A stretch of DNA of 64,000 bases, taken from NCBI RefSeq assembly GCF_009914755.1, contig NC_060939.1; one strand, given 5' to 3'. The notes below the pieces were generated by a model that was not told the DNA's origin, made no database searches, and was given only the letters and a program-made list of their open reading frames with translations. Shown in pieces: positions 25,786 through 38,800 of the stretch; position 1 is the stretch's first letter, and the number at the start of each line of letters is the position of its first letter. Position numbers and translations under genes: made by a program. This stretch comes from the human T2T-CHM13v2.0 reference genome, Homo sapiens.

Positions 25786-27797
25786 TATAGAACTATGGTT
25801 CATGAGTAGAGGAACTGAAAAATATAAAATCCAGAAATTGAATAGGTGCCAAACTGCAAATAATAGAAAATATATCAAGAAACGCGACAGATCCATATGA
25901 AAGTCAAAAGTATATCCAGAAGCAATAAGGAAAAAACAAATGGTGTATTGACTACATAGACAGAGATCCCTGAATAGTTTTCTGAACTCTCCCAGGCAGT
26001 GGCTCACTGTGAAAACTTCCTTTGACACTCAATTTGTCATCCCCAATCTAATGGAGCTTTGATGATCTTACTGGCATCCTATTCCCAGTGACACTGAGAA
26101 TATTGCTAATAGCTAGCAAGGTCCAGAGTCCCTCTTTGCTCTGTCCTCTTAAGTGCTTTCACAGCCACACTCATCATGTTCAACTTTCTTCATCCTTTCA
26201 CATAGGTAGTGATACTCCCATTCTGCCATCTCATCTCCCAGCAGTCTTGTAAATGCCCTAAGAGACCTGGTGGTGTTCTTCTGCATGCTAGTACAGCAAT
26301 GAGGTTTGCTCCACCCCAACACTAGAACCTAAATGCACGCAAGTTATTTTATCCCATGAAAAACTGTCATTGCCAAGTGGAGGTGGAACGTTACCTTGAA
26401 TCTGTGTGGTATCCATCTTGGGACTTGTTTCTTTGTGTGGATATCCAGCTGTGCAATGCCTTCTCCTAGTAATAACCTCTCTCTCACTCTGGGAATAATT
26501 CTGTAGCTTTTATAGTGACTCAGAAATCCACTGGAATACTGGTCATTAAGGTTCTTGGGACCAGCACTGGGGTCTCTCTTGTGGTATTAAGGAAACAGAG
26601 TTTCACCACTGTATGTGACCATTCTGGACACAGATAAGCACTTCATGAGGCCAAGACATTATCTGCCACCTAGTGGCTACCCTAAAGCACATTGCCCAGA
26701 ACCAACTGGAACCTCAATCCTGAACAGAATAGGCTTGTCTCTCCTGCCAGGTCATGTGGATAGCCTCGGATGGAGTCCGTGTTATGGAAAGTATCTCCTG
26801 CTCTCAACATTGAACTATCTCAGGAGCAGGCTGGGTGGCTACAGGCTCTTTCTTTCTCAGTCTACACCATTAGGTTTTCACCTCTTAGCCCTGGGCTCCA
26901 TGGTGGGTTGGCTCAATAGAGTTTTTCAAATCCCTATGATGTGCTTTACAATGTTTAGAGACTTCTCTCATTATACAGCGACTCCTCAGATGCTGTCAGA
27001 AAGCTTTGAAGGCTCCGTTTCAAGACTGGTTTTCCGAATGGGGAAGCTTACAGTTAATGCATCCTAAAGGTCAGAAGGCAGACTGAGAAAGGACAAACCC
27101 TTGGTCTCTGGTGGCCGTGCAATGGGATGGTCCTTTCTAATGAAAAGTTTGTTCATCTTGTCTGCACAAGCTCACAAAAGGACAGCAAGTTCTATTAGCA
27201 ACAGTGATATTCAAACTCCCTCACTGAGCACCCAAGTAATAAAGGTTACTTTCTGGATCAGGACTCCCCTTTATTTCATAGAAAACCAGGCATTCCGTAC
27301 TCCACCTTAATCTAGGCTATAAATATGTAAATTGGTGGCAGGGAGATGTTTAATTGGAGTGCACATTCAGCTCCACTGCTCCACTCCTCAAGCACATCAT
27401 TCTAGGGAATAATATTGGGTCTCAGGGGATGGCATGTTCTCTGTTCTTTCCTGCTTTTAAGTTGCCTTTACAGTTTGTCATCACATGCACCATGGGTGCC
27501 ACCATGCAGCTTAATGACAGTTTGGTTGTCTTGAACACCCTCTGGAGAACAATGCCCCAGGACACATAAGCTTTAAGGGCCTTTCGGGTTTCTTAAGGGG
27601 TAAAAGGTGGTTCAAAGTTCCCAACCTGGAAGTGGAATGGAGTCTGTTAGTACACTCTGAATATGACAAAGGGGATTGGATGTCCCTGTTCCAGGTGGGG
27701 GTTCTTTCCAGATACTTTAACTTGCAGATGCCATGTTCTACACAATGTGCAAGTTGAAGTAACCCAGAGCAGCCCCAAACACAGAATAGTTACCTGA

Positions 27798-28204
27798 GGC
27801 TATGGTTTGAATGACTGTATCTTCTCCAAAATTCATGTTGAAACTTCATCCCCAATGCAATGGTATTAAGAAATGGGGCCTTTAGGAGGTGATTGAGTCA
27901 TAAGGGCTCCACCCTCATGGATGAGATTAGGTGGTCTTATAAAAGGGTTTGATGGGGAAGTTTATCCTCTTTCAAACCCCTTCTGTCCCTTTTTGCCTTG
28001 TGAGGACACAGCATTCCTCCCCTCCAAAGGATGCAGCTACAAGACCACATCATGGAAGCAGAGAAAGGCCCTCATGAGACGCCAGTCCTGCCAGCACCTT
28101 GGTTGTGGACTTTCCAGCCTTTGGAACTGTGAGTAATAAAGTTCTGTTCTTTATAAATTGCCTAATCTAGAATACTGTTACAGCAACACAAATGGACTAA
28201 GACA
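27798..28204 (+). mobile_element. MSTC/MSTD solo LTR inserted in the foamy-like env
   Basis: GCTATGGTTTGAATG...GGACTAAGACA, 5-bp TSD CCTGA (27793-27797)/CCTGG (28205-28209). Confidence 0.88.
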
Positions 28205-28449
28205 CCTGGTCACATTGTTATTTTCCCTCTGTATCATGCCAGTTGGGCATTTGACTAGGTGTATCTGACACCAGGATGGGAAAAAAACTTTCTTAATGCA
28301 TTCAGTTAGTGATAAGTCCAAGATGCAATCCAACTCACTTTAGTAAGCATGGGGCTTCAATTAGACATTCCCTTTTGTTCAGTTCCTTCAAAGATTCTGC
28401 TTAACCTTAACAGGAAAGATATAATATATAAGATTATATCTTTATATAC

Positions 28450-28523
28450 AATTAAAGACATATAATTTACCCATGTAAAAAACCTGCACATGTACCCCTG
28501 AAATAAAAGCTGGAAAGAAAAAG
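28450..28523 (+). mobile_element. short L1PA/PB 3' end fragment
   Basis: AATTTACCCATGTAAAAAACCTGCACATGTACCCCTGAA. Confidence 0.8.
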
Positions 28524-29328
28524 ATAGAAGTTTTACAGGCAAAATAGATAAATATAACTTCCTTCAGAGGGAAGATTAAGATCTATTTTAAAGGAACAAG
28601 AAAAAAAACAGTTGATCCTAGGAACCTTACCTTAGGGTTTCAAGTACTTTCAGTCACTCACCTCATCATGCACACAACCACATCCCCCAGTGTTCCTCTG
28701 CTTTCCTGTGCAATCAAAACCCAGCAGGACCAGGCATGGACATTGAGAGAGTTTACTGTAGGGTGCCATTTTTTTTTTTTTTTTTTAAAGAAATGATTCA
28801 GAGCTACGAGAGATCTTTTTTTTTTTTTTTTTTTTTTAAAAAGCCTTTTTAAGCTAATGACTGTTCAGGTTCTTGCACATCAAATGCCATTTACAGGGTC
28901 AGTGAGTGGAATAAAAAGGAAAATGACAGCCTTTGAAGAGAGACATGGCTGGCATTTAACTACCAAAAAGCACAAAAATGGAGGTATATTTAAAAGAACT
29001 ACAGAGTATAGACCGCAATGAGAAGGAAGAGAGAAAATGTGTCGTGACTTGGAAGAAAAGGATGAGGGGGTTGGGAGGATGTGTGAAAACCTGAAAAATA
29101 AGAAGGAGCTTACAGGGAAAAGAAGGAGGATTTCTTCACTGCTTTGAAAACTTTAATGGACTTCAAGTTTCAAGACGGAGATATGAGCTCACATGTTTAT
29201 CTCACCTCCATCCTAGAAACTCATTATGGTGACCAAGAAGATGCAAAATAAAAAGAATGTCTACAGCAGCATTGAAAAATAAGAAGGGGAAGCAGAACAA
29301 GAAAGGGAATACTAGACAATAAGAAGCA

Positions 29329-29837
29329 TGTATCAGTCAGGGCTCTCCAGAGAAACAGAACCAGCTGGATGGAGATATATGTTTTATGATTATGATGAAT
29401 TGGCTCACAAAATTATGGAGGCTAACAAGTCCCAAGATCTTCAGGGTGAGTCAGTAATCTAAAGATCCGAGACAGCCAATAGTGCAATTGCAGTCCAAAG
29501 GCCAGTAGGCACAAGAGCCAGGAACAGCTGATGCTTCCATTCGAGTCAGAAGGCAGGAGCAAGCCAATGATCAAGTCTGAAAACAGGAAGGAGAAATTCT
29601 CTCCTATTCGAGGGAAAGTCAGTCTTTTAATTGTATTTTGGCCTTCAACTGACTAGATGTAGTACATTTGCATTAGGGGAGGGCAATTAACTTCACTCAG
29701 TCTACTGATTTAAATGTTAACCTCATCCATCTCCCCCCACGAAAGAAAAACCCTTACAGACACGCTCTATAATGTTTGGCCAGATATCCCGGCACTCCAT
29801 AGCCCAGTCAAGTTGACATATAAAATTAATAATCACA
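29329..29837 (-). mobile_element. MLT2 (ERVL) solo LTR
   Basis: TGTATCAGTCAGGGCTCTCCAGAGAAACAGAACCA...AATCACA, TSD AAGCA at 29324-29328 and 29838-29842. Confidence 0.9.
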
Positions 29838-31316
29838 AAGCAGATGATATTTTTAAGAGGAAAATACTGATCAATGGTGCCCAGCACATAATTTTATAAC
29901 TAAAGTTGGGTTGGAGGATAGGGGTCTGTTTACAAGGAAGCATCTCCACCAGAGATCCTGAAACAAAAAACAAAGAAACCTACAGTTTTGATGCTGAGGA
30001 CAGTAGCAGACTAGGCCCTGGGCAGTTGGCAGGGCTCAGAAAAAGGGCTTCATGGGCTGTGACGGATCAGCAGCTCTGGCCACATGCCTATCCCCAAAGT
30101 TTGCTTGATGTAGATGATTTAAAAAGAAAATATGGGAGTATCAACTAAGTGGGCACTGTCTCACCGTATCCTGTGTTTGTCTTACTACCTAGTAAAGCTC
30201 TTTTCAGACACTGAAATATGCTTAAGTCCTGCCAGCAGGGGCTGGATGAAAGGGTCACACTGGAATATAGTTGGGAGAACTTTGGGAATCTCACTGGAGC
30301 CCTGCACATAAAGCACTACTCACCCCAGCTTCCACCCTCTCCACCACACTGTCTCTGTGCAGGGTTCCAAACAAGGGAAAAATGAGGATGGCCAAATGAA
30401 AACATGGCTTGGTGCCCAAGCTGACTTGATGGGGTGGGATGAGCGTGTGGATCCCCTTCACCTCTGTCTTTTCTTTCCTTCTTGGAAAGATTTTAATCAT
30501 AATAATGTACCCCCCAAGATATGCAATGGGTGGACCAGCAATATTAGAAGAAATCTTGCTTGTCTCTATTACAATGACTCTGAAAGAGCCAGGACTCCTC
30601 AGAAAATTTTGAGGAGATCTATAAGCTCTCACAGGAAGAAGCTAAAATAGGGAGACATGGGGAGTAGAGAGTTATGACCCCTAGGCTCACTGACCATTTC
30701 TTCAGGATTCTTTCACAATTCCCTTTGAAGATACAGCTCTGGCCAGATGTGGGCACTCCTATGTTCCTGGGGCTGTGGTCAAAGAAGTCAGAGAGTCAGA
30801 GACAGGAAGCAAGAGGCAAAGCTCAACCTTGTAAAGAACTTCTGGGCCTTCTTGGGGCCAACACCCACCAGGGCACAAGGTGATTTGGGGAAGAAAGTGC
30901 TGAGCACAGCTGTAAACATGCCTCACTCTTTCATCTCTCCCAACTCTTGGTGGTAAAGCAAGAAGGAAGCCAAACAAAAACTAGGGAAAAAGAGTTTTCC
31001 CTGTTTCTCTTTGCCAGAGATTAAGTAGTTTGAATAGGAGCCCCTGGAATTTTGGGAAAAATCCATCACAAGTTGTGATACTAAATTTTTTTTTAAAAAG
31101 CTACCTCTTAAAGAATGAGCAAAGAAAACAAAATAACCAGATCTCAGTAGACTGAGTAATCCAGATAGATCTTTTGAGGAATTAGACAAACGTTACTCAT
31201 GAAAAGTCTTCTCCAGGAACCAGAAGACAATTTTTAAGAAATCTCTAGATCACTCTCACAAAATTGTTCAAGAAGACATTATATCTGTGGAGAGGGAGAA
31301 CTCCAAAATCAAAACA

Positions 31317-31393
31317 TTGGGCTAAACTGTATAAAATTGCTGATGTTTGATCATTTTGACCAACGAAACTAGCAGTTTTGTATGGACCAAATA
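31317..31393. mobile_element. MADE2-like mariner-derived MITE
   Basis: About 77-bp quasi-palindromic sequence resembling the MADE2 consensus. Confidence 0.6.
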
Positions 31394-31589
31394 GATTTCC
31401 TGTCAATGAAGAACTGAAGAGTGAAGGGGCTTGGGTATGGATAGAAATAGATCTAACGGATATAATGAGAAGAATTAAGTAGATATGTCAAAAAAATAAA
31501 ATGACTTAGTGGTTCAGTTTGAGAAGTTATGGCAGGATTTACAGGTAAAGGATAAAGAGATTAAGATGATTAATAAACCTGTTTTAGAA

Positions 31590-32772
31590 ATTCCCTTGCC
31601 ATTTCATACCCACTAGGATGGCTACAATCAAAATGACAGATTACAATAAAGTCAGTGAGGATGTAGAAAATCTACAGCCCACATACACTGCTGATGGAAA
31701 TGTAAAATGGCACAGCCAGTTTGGAAGATAGTCTGACAATTCCTTATAAGGTTAAATAAAGTTATGACCTAGTAATTCCATTCCAAGGGATATTAAAAAG
31801 AGAGAAAAACACGTCCACACAAAAATATAGTACATGAATGTTTATAGCAGCGTTTTAAAAAGTAGCCAGAAAAGTGGAAATGATCCAAATGTCCCTCAAC
31901 TGAAGAGTGAATGTGTTATATTCATACAATGGAATATTATTTGGCCATAAGAAGGAAGTACTAATATATACCACAATATGGATAAATCTTGAAAATATTA
32001 TTCTAAGCAGAAGAAGACAGTCACAAAAGATCACATGTTGTATGATTCTATGCACGAAATGTCTAGAATGGATAGATCTATAGAGAAAAAATACAATAGC
32101 CTCCCTTCATCCAATTTTCCTGAGGTTTCAGCTACCCACAGACGACCATGGCCCAAAAATATTAAATGGAAAATCCCAGAAATAAATAATGCATAAGTTT
32201 TAAATTGTGTGCTGTTATGAGTAACGTGATAAAATCTCTCAGTCTGGATCCATCCTGCCTGGGACACAAATCTTCCCTTTGTCCAGCATATCCACACTGT
32301 CTACTCTACCCTCCCCCGCTAGTCATTTAGCAGCCAGCTCAGTTATCAGATCAACTGTCATGGTATCACAGTACCACGTTCAACTAACCCTTATTTTACT
32401 TAATAATGGCTCCAAAAATGCAAGAGTAGTGATGCTGGCATATTGCTGTAATTGTTCTACTTTATTATTATTATTGTTAATCTTGTACTGTGCCTAATTT
32501 ATGAAGTAAACTTTATCATAGGAGAGGATGGAGAGGGAAATGTATATAAGGGTTGGTACTATACACTGTTTCAGGCACCCACTAGGGCTCTTGGAATATA
32601 TCCCCTGCAGATACGGGGTTGCGGGGGGCACTACTGTGGTATATTAGTGGTTGTCTGTGGCTGGAGGGAGGAGGGTGTGGAACACAGAGTGATTGCTCAT
32701 GGGCATGGTGTTTTGTGAGGGGGGCTGAAATTATACTAAAATTGACCATGATGATGGTTGCACTACTCTGAA
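31590..32772 (+). mobile_element. L1MB/ME 3' end (tail continues at ~41693-41765 after the L1PB insertion)
   Basis: CCCACTAGGATGGCTACAATCAAAA...GGTTGCACTACTCTG, resuming AAAACCATTGAATTGCACACTTTAA. Confidence 0.75.
32094..32636 (+). mobile_element. MER44B (Tigger7-derived) DNA transposon
   Basis: AAAATATTAAATGGAAAATCCCAGAAATAAATAAT core with CAaTAG../..CTACTG ends. Confidence 0.85.
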
Positions 32773-32829
32773 GGAGTGGGAGAGGGAAAGGAAAGTGCTG
32801 TTCTGTGGAAAAGGACAGAAGGAGGAGGA

Positions 32830-35800
32830 GAAAAAGGGAACAGAAACATGGCGGTCAGCTGTTCGGACAGGAGCACTGCGGACAGCTCCTAGGCAACCTG
32901 CCACCCACGCTGCATCATGGTTTTAAGCACCAGCATGGGCTCACACTCCGGGCATTACTCGTAGCTGCAGGAGGCACCCTGAAACCATCCTACAAGGTGG
33001 CACAGCTGAGATCTGGCTGTGGTGACAGTGGCCACAGGAGCTAGGTCCCTGACCTGCTCTGCTGAGAGTGCCCAGGCCATGAAGCCAGAGCTTTCATGCC
33101 CCAGGAAGGAGCCATGTCAAGGTGGCGCTGATGGAGGAGCCAGCAACAGAAGCAATACAGGAACTTAACAGGAAAACTAAAATCTACAGACCCTTTGAAA
33201 GAAGTGACAGGCTGCAGCCTACACTGTGAGGCAGGTGAAAAACAAAACAAAACTCCACTCATCTCCAGGTAGATTAACACTGCACCCGGGAAAGAGAAAA
33301 CTTGTGTGTGACCTCAGCTATCATCATTGCCTGTACCACCCTGGCTAGTCAGGAGGCTTTGAGTCTGCCGTGTGACCAGTTCATTACTACTACAACCAGC
33401 ATTTGAGAGAGCCAACATACTAAGGCTATCCATAACCAAGGAATCTCAGAGTTTATGTCTCCCCGCTTCCACCCCCATCAGAGCTGTAGCTGTGCTGGTA
33501 CCCACTGCTGGGCAACTTGAGGACAGGTCACATATCTGGATCCCTTGCAGACATTTCCTTGCACCATCCTGGTGTATGGCAGCCCCACTGGGCAGCTAGA
33601 CCCAGAGGAGCAGCAGCATTTACAGCAGTCTGGCTCTCAAGGACTTCTACTCCTGGGGAAGGGGAAGTGTACCACATGAAGGGAATGCCTCATGGGACCA
33701 AAGAACTCAGACAGCAGGTCTTGAGTCCCAGATCTTTCTCCTAGTGGGAAGTTTTTTTCAGCTGAGGCACAGTTGCAGTGCTGGGCACAACAGGGCAAGT
33801 CTGTAGCTCTACCCAACAGTCAGGCAGTCCTGGTTCTCATGAAGGGTCTTGGAGAAGGGGACTTCTTTGCCCCCTCATCCACTACTAAAGACACAGCTGG
33901 GGTTTTTCCCACAGGAGCTTAGCAGGGGTGTACCTATAGACAGCCTCTTTGGACACTTCAGGGTAACTGCATCCCCACAGAAGAATGCCTTTCAGGTGCA
34001 GGCTTGCTGAGAGGTAGAGTCACAGTTCCTCTCTACTTGGAATATGAACATTCCTGCAGATTAAAAGAGGTGCCTATGTGATCTGAATAGCCAGAATACT
34101 GGGTCAGGAGTTGTCTGGGAAGTGGATACCTTTCTTGCTGTCCTGGCAGGAGAGCTGAGGTGGCTCCAGTCCTTTCCTCCGATAAGACCTCAATGCATTT
34201 TACTAAGAGCGCCCCCAGCCACCTCTGTCAAGGACCCACCATTGGGTACTGCATTTACACAGCTGCTTTAGCCAGAGCCACTTTTTACCCATGAACACCT
34301 CCCTTATTGGCCTGAAGCCTGAACTATTCAACCCAGTAAATAAAATACTGAGGAAAAAATATTTCTTTTTAAAAGTATACACCATGGGGGAATGAGATAA
34401 GCTTTAAGAGATCTCTGCCATTCCAACACTATAGGAGACAGTGAACTTGCTTGTACACTGAGTGCATTGGTACTACAACCAGCATCTGAGAAAGCCATCA
34501 TCCAAAGACTCTCTACCACCAAGGAACTCATAAAGAATCTTTGCCCCTGAAAGCACCAAGAGCCAAATTAGGCTACAATAAACTATAAACATTAGGGCCA
34601 CATCCTTAATGGAGGAAAAAAAAAGGCATTAAAACAAGCCACACAGTCAAATAAAAAATAAATTCAAGAATAATTAGAAGGAATAAATAGGAAGAAAGCA
34701 GAAAAATAATTCTGGTAATATGACAAAACAGGGTTCTATAACATCCCCAAATATCACAGTAACCCTCCAGCAATGGATTCAAACCCAAGATGAAATGTTT
34801 GGAATACCAGATAAAGAATTCAAAAAGCTTATTATTAAGTTACTCAAGTAGATACAAGAGAAAGTTGAAAACCAATAAAAAGAAATTTATAAAACAAGTC
34901 AGGATATGAATGAAAAATTATCTAAAGAGATATCTTAAAGAAAAACCAATCAGAACTTCTGGAAATGAAAGATACACTTTAGAGGAATTACAAAATGCAG
35001 CGTAAAGTTTCAACAATAGACTAGAACAAGTAGAAGAAAGAATTTCAGAGCTCAAAGAGCAGGCTTTAGAATTAACCCAACTGGACAAAAATAAAGAAAA
35101 AAGAATAAAAAGAAATGAACAAATTGCCCAGGAAATAGGGGGTTATGTAAAATGGCCAAAGCTAGGAAAAATTGTTGTTCCTGAGGAAGAAGAGAAAGCA
35201 AAAAGTTCGGAAAACTTATCTGGGGGAATAATTAAAGACAAATTCTGGGACCTTGCTAGAGATTTAGATATCTAAATACAAGAAGCTCAAATAACTCCTG
35301 ACAGATTCATTGCAAAAAGGTAATCACCAAGGCATATAGTCATTGGCTATCTAAACTCAAAATGAAAGAAAGAATTCAAAGAGCTGTGAGACAAAAGCAT
35401 CGGGTAACCTATAAAGGAAAATGTATCAGACTAATAGGAGACTTCTCAGCAGAAACCTTACAAGCCAGAGGGGATTGGGGTCTTATCTTTAGCCTCCTTA
35501 AACAGAATAATTGTCAGCCAAGAATTTTGTATCCAGCAAAACAAAATTTCACAAATGAAGGAGAAATAAAGTCAGACAAACAAATGCTGAGAGAATGTTA
35601 CCACCAGACAAGCCCTACAAGAAATACTAAAAAAAACTTCTAAATCTTGAAACAAAAAGCTCAATGTGCATCAAAATAGAACTTCTTGAAAGCATAAAAC
35701 TCCCAGGGCCTATAAAATAACAAAATGAAAAAAAGTATCTAGGTAAGAATTAATATGATGAATGAAACAGTGCCTCACATCTCAATATTAATGTTGAATA

Positions 35801-38800
35801 TAAATGGCCTAAGTGTTCCATTTAAACGATACAGATTGACAGAACAGATTAAAAAAAAAAAAATGAATTACAAACCAAGTATCTTCTGTCTTCAAGAGAC
35901 TCATCTAATACATAAAGATTCATAAACACTCAAGGTAAAGGGGTGGAAAAATACATTCCAGGCAAATTGAAACCAAAAGTGAGCAGGAATAGCTATTCTT
36001 ATATCAGATAAAAGAGACTTTAAAGCAACAGCAGTATCATATAAGATTCCTATAATTCTGATATGTCTCAGTATATGTCATGAGTAATAATTATAATTAT
36101 TATGTTAAATTATTAGGTATCACAGAGATGGCCAAATTTCCTTGTTAATTGCACCTTTATGGCTTTCCTGAGTCTTTTGTCATCCATGGATAATTTCTGT
36201 CTTGTTTTGATCCTTTTCAAAACGCAGTTTATAATCAGATATAGGACTCTGACAGATACTCTTGAATGCAGATCTCTGATAACATTAGAAATTGTGCCAT
36301 TGGAATAGAGGGGAAAAAACTTCTAAGTACTCTTGTGGAGAGCTGATGTCTTAAACATTGCTAAACATTGCTAACCCTTTTGTTTTTCAGAGTCAAAAAA
36401 TTTCTTTTGAGCTATTTACAACTTTGAGCAATTAAGTAAAATGTATATTCCTAGGAGCAAAATTTGGAGCATATTGCTTTCTACCTGATTTCTCCAAAAT
36501 TTAAAAACTATTTGTAAGTATTCACAACTTATGGCAGTGTAGTTATTTGCATAAGTAAAATAAGAATCTGTTTTATTTTGTAACAGGACACAATTGGATA
36601 AACTAGTTATTTTACCAAGGCTTTGACTGGAATGACAGGCTTTAAGTAATCAATGTTGACTTATAGAGCCAGTAAAAGTCCGTTAGGAAATCTGGCCTCA
36701 TAGCTTATCTATACAGTCACTGTACAGGGTTCCTGATCTGTGGTAAGTAAAGAGTGTCACTTTTTGACAGGCCCAGGAGCCCCAAGTTATCTTGAGACCT
36801 CAAGGTGAGGAATTCATCAAATTAATACAGGTATTTGCAGCCAGGTATGGGTTGGGGTCAAGGCTTTCAATTCGGGATTCCTTATAGAATAAATTATCAG
36901 CAAAGGCAATTTTTAAAAGAAGTCTATATGGCAAATAATTATTCATGCCGACTTTTTGCAAATTTTTTCTTGCAAGTTAGACCAAATCCTAAATTCTTTA
37001 TTGGCTACAAATCCCCACACTAATGATTTCAAATCTTTATTTTTTAAACCGGGAATTGTACTGCTTATCCTAGAACTCATTATTTACCTTATAGTACACT
37101 GACAACTTAAATGCTGTACTAAAACTATAGATGAGAATACTAACACCTTTGTCAGGAAAGCCTTGGAACCCTAGCCTGACCTTCAGGAGTATTCTCAGAC
37201 AGCTCAGACAGCTGCAAAATGGTTCCACTCCTCTCATCTTGGGGTCAACACCTACCCCCACTAAGCCCCCTTGTCATCAGGAAGAAGTCAGAGCAGTTGT
37301 CATCCTCTTTCCATCTTCATTAGCTCACACTTGAAGATTAAGGTGTTATAAAACCCAAAGGGAGTAACTGAAACTGCCATTGCAAAATTATAACTGAGAC
37401 AGTAAAAGAGATCTAACCTAACCAACTCCATCTTCCTCCTGAACTCCAAGCTGTCTTTGTTCGTTCCGGGGCATAGGCCAAACTTACTTTGAGAGGAACT
37501 TAGTTTATAGTTTGAAACAAAGACAGCCCTTTCCCAAAACAAACCCTCCTTTTGCCTGGGGACTAGACTGACTTTGTAGGATTAACAAATTATCCAAATG
37601 ATTAGGAATTATGGTTTAGGAGTCTTGCAGCTGGAGGCTGCAAGATACTAAACCTCCCCAAATTGCTCCTGGAGATAATATCACAATTGTAAAACCTAAG
37701 ATCAGTTCTTCAGATACTTGATGGATCTTAAGTACTCAATGGATCAGCTGGCACCACTCAGATTGGTAAACTGGCTCATAAGGTCTTGTGGCCCCTGATC
37801 AGGAAGTGACTCAGCACAAGAGGACAGCTTCATCTCCCTGTGATTTCATCTCTGACCTGACCAATCAGAATTCCCAACTTACTGGCCCCCCACCCACCAA
37901 ATTATTCTTAAAAACTTCGATCCCCAAATTCTTGGGGAGACTGATTTGAGTAATAATAAAACTTCAGACTTTGGAAAAAAAAAGACAAAGAAGGTCATTA
38001 TATAATAAAAATATCAATCCCATAAGAAGTTATTATAATCCTAAATTTATATGCTCCTAGCCACTGGAGCTCCCAGATTCATAAAACAATTACTACTAGA
38101 CCTAATAGATAGACAGAAACACAGTAATAGTGAGGGACTTCAATACTCCACTGACAGCACTATGCAGATCACCAAGATAGAAAGTTAAAGAAACAATGGA
38201 CTTAAACTACACTCTAGAACAAAGGAACCTAACAGATATTTAAAGAACATTCTACCTAAGAACTGCAGAAAATATATTCTTCTCATTAGCCCATGGGACA
38301 TTTGCCAAGATAGGACGCAAAATAAGTGTTCAATAAACTTTTTTTAAAAAAATCAAAATCGTATCAAGTATCCTCTGACATCAGTGGAATAAAACTAAAA
38401 ATCAACTCCAAAAGGAACCCCCAAAACTATACAAATACATGGAAATTAAACAATTTGCTCCTGGATGATTTTTGACTTAATAATGAAATCAAGATGGAAA
38501 TTAAAAACTCTTTACAGTGAATGTTCAATGACAACTTATCAAAATATCTGGGATACAGAAAAAGCAGTGCTAAGAAATTTTATAGTGCTAAATGCCTACA
38601 TCAAAAAGTCTGAAAGATTACAAATTGACAACCTGATGTTACACCTCAAGGAACTAGAGAAACAAGAACTAAACCCAAAGCTAGCAGAAGAAAATAAATA
38701 ACAAAGATCAAAGCAGAACTAAATAAAATTGAAACAAAAATAATATAAAAGATCAATGAAACAAAAAGCTGGTTCTTTGAAAAGATAAAACTGATAGAAC

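Noticed and set aside
26532-26546. Minus-strand MTSIP, identical to a foamy Env peptide
   Set aside because: Out of colinear order (expected near 27640, where DSIP occurs), so treated as chance and not counted as evidence.
26615-27569. Plus-strand ORFs of 150, 69 and 71 aa as a novel gene
   Set aside because: Non-ATG starts and no recognisable motifs. They are antisense to the env-like sequence and best explained as shadow ORFs.
29158-31580. ORF cluster at 29.9-31.2 kb as exons
   Set aside because: No coherent protein motifs. The region looks like a very old L1/HAL1-type 5' region, too decayed to call.
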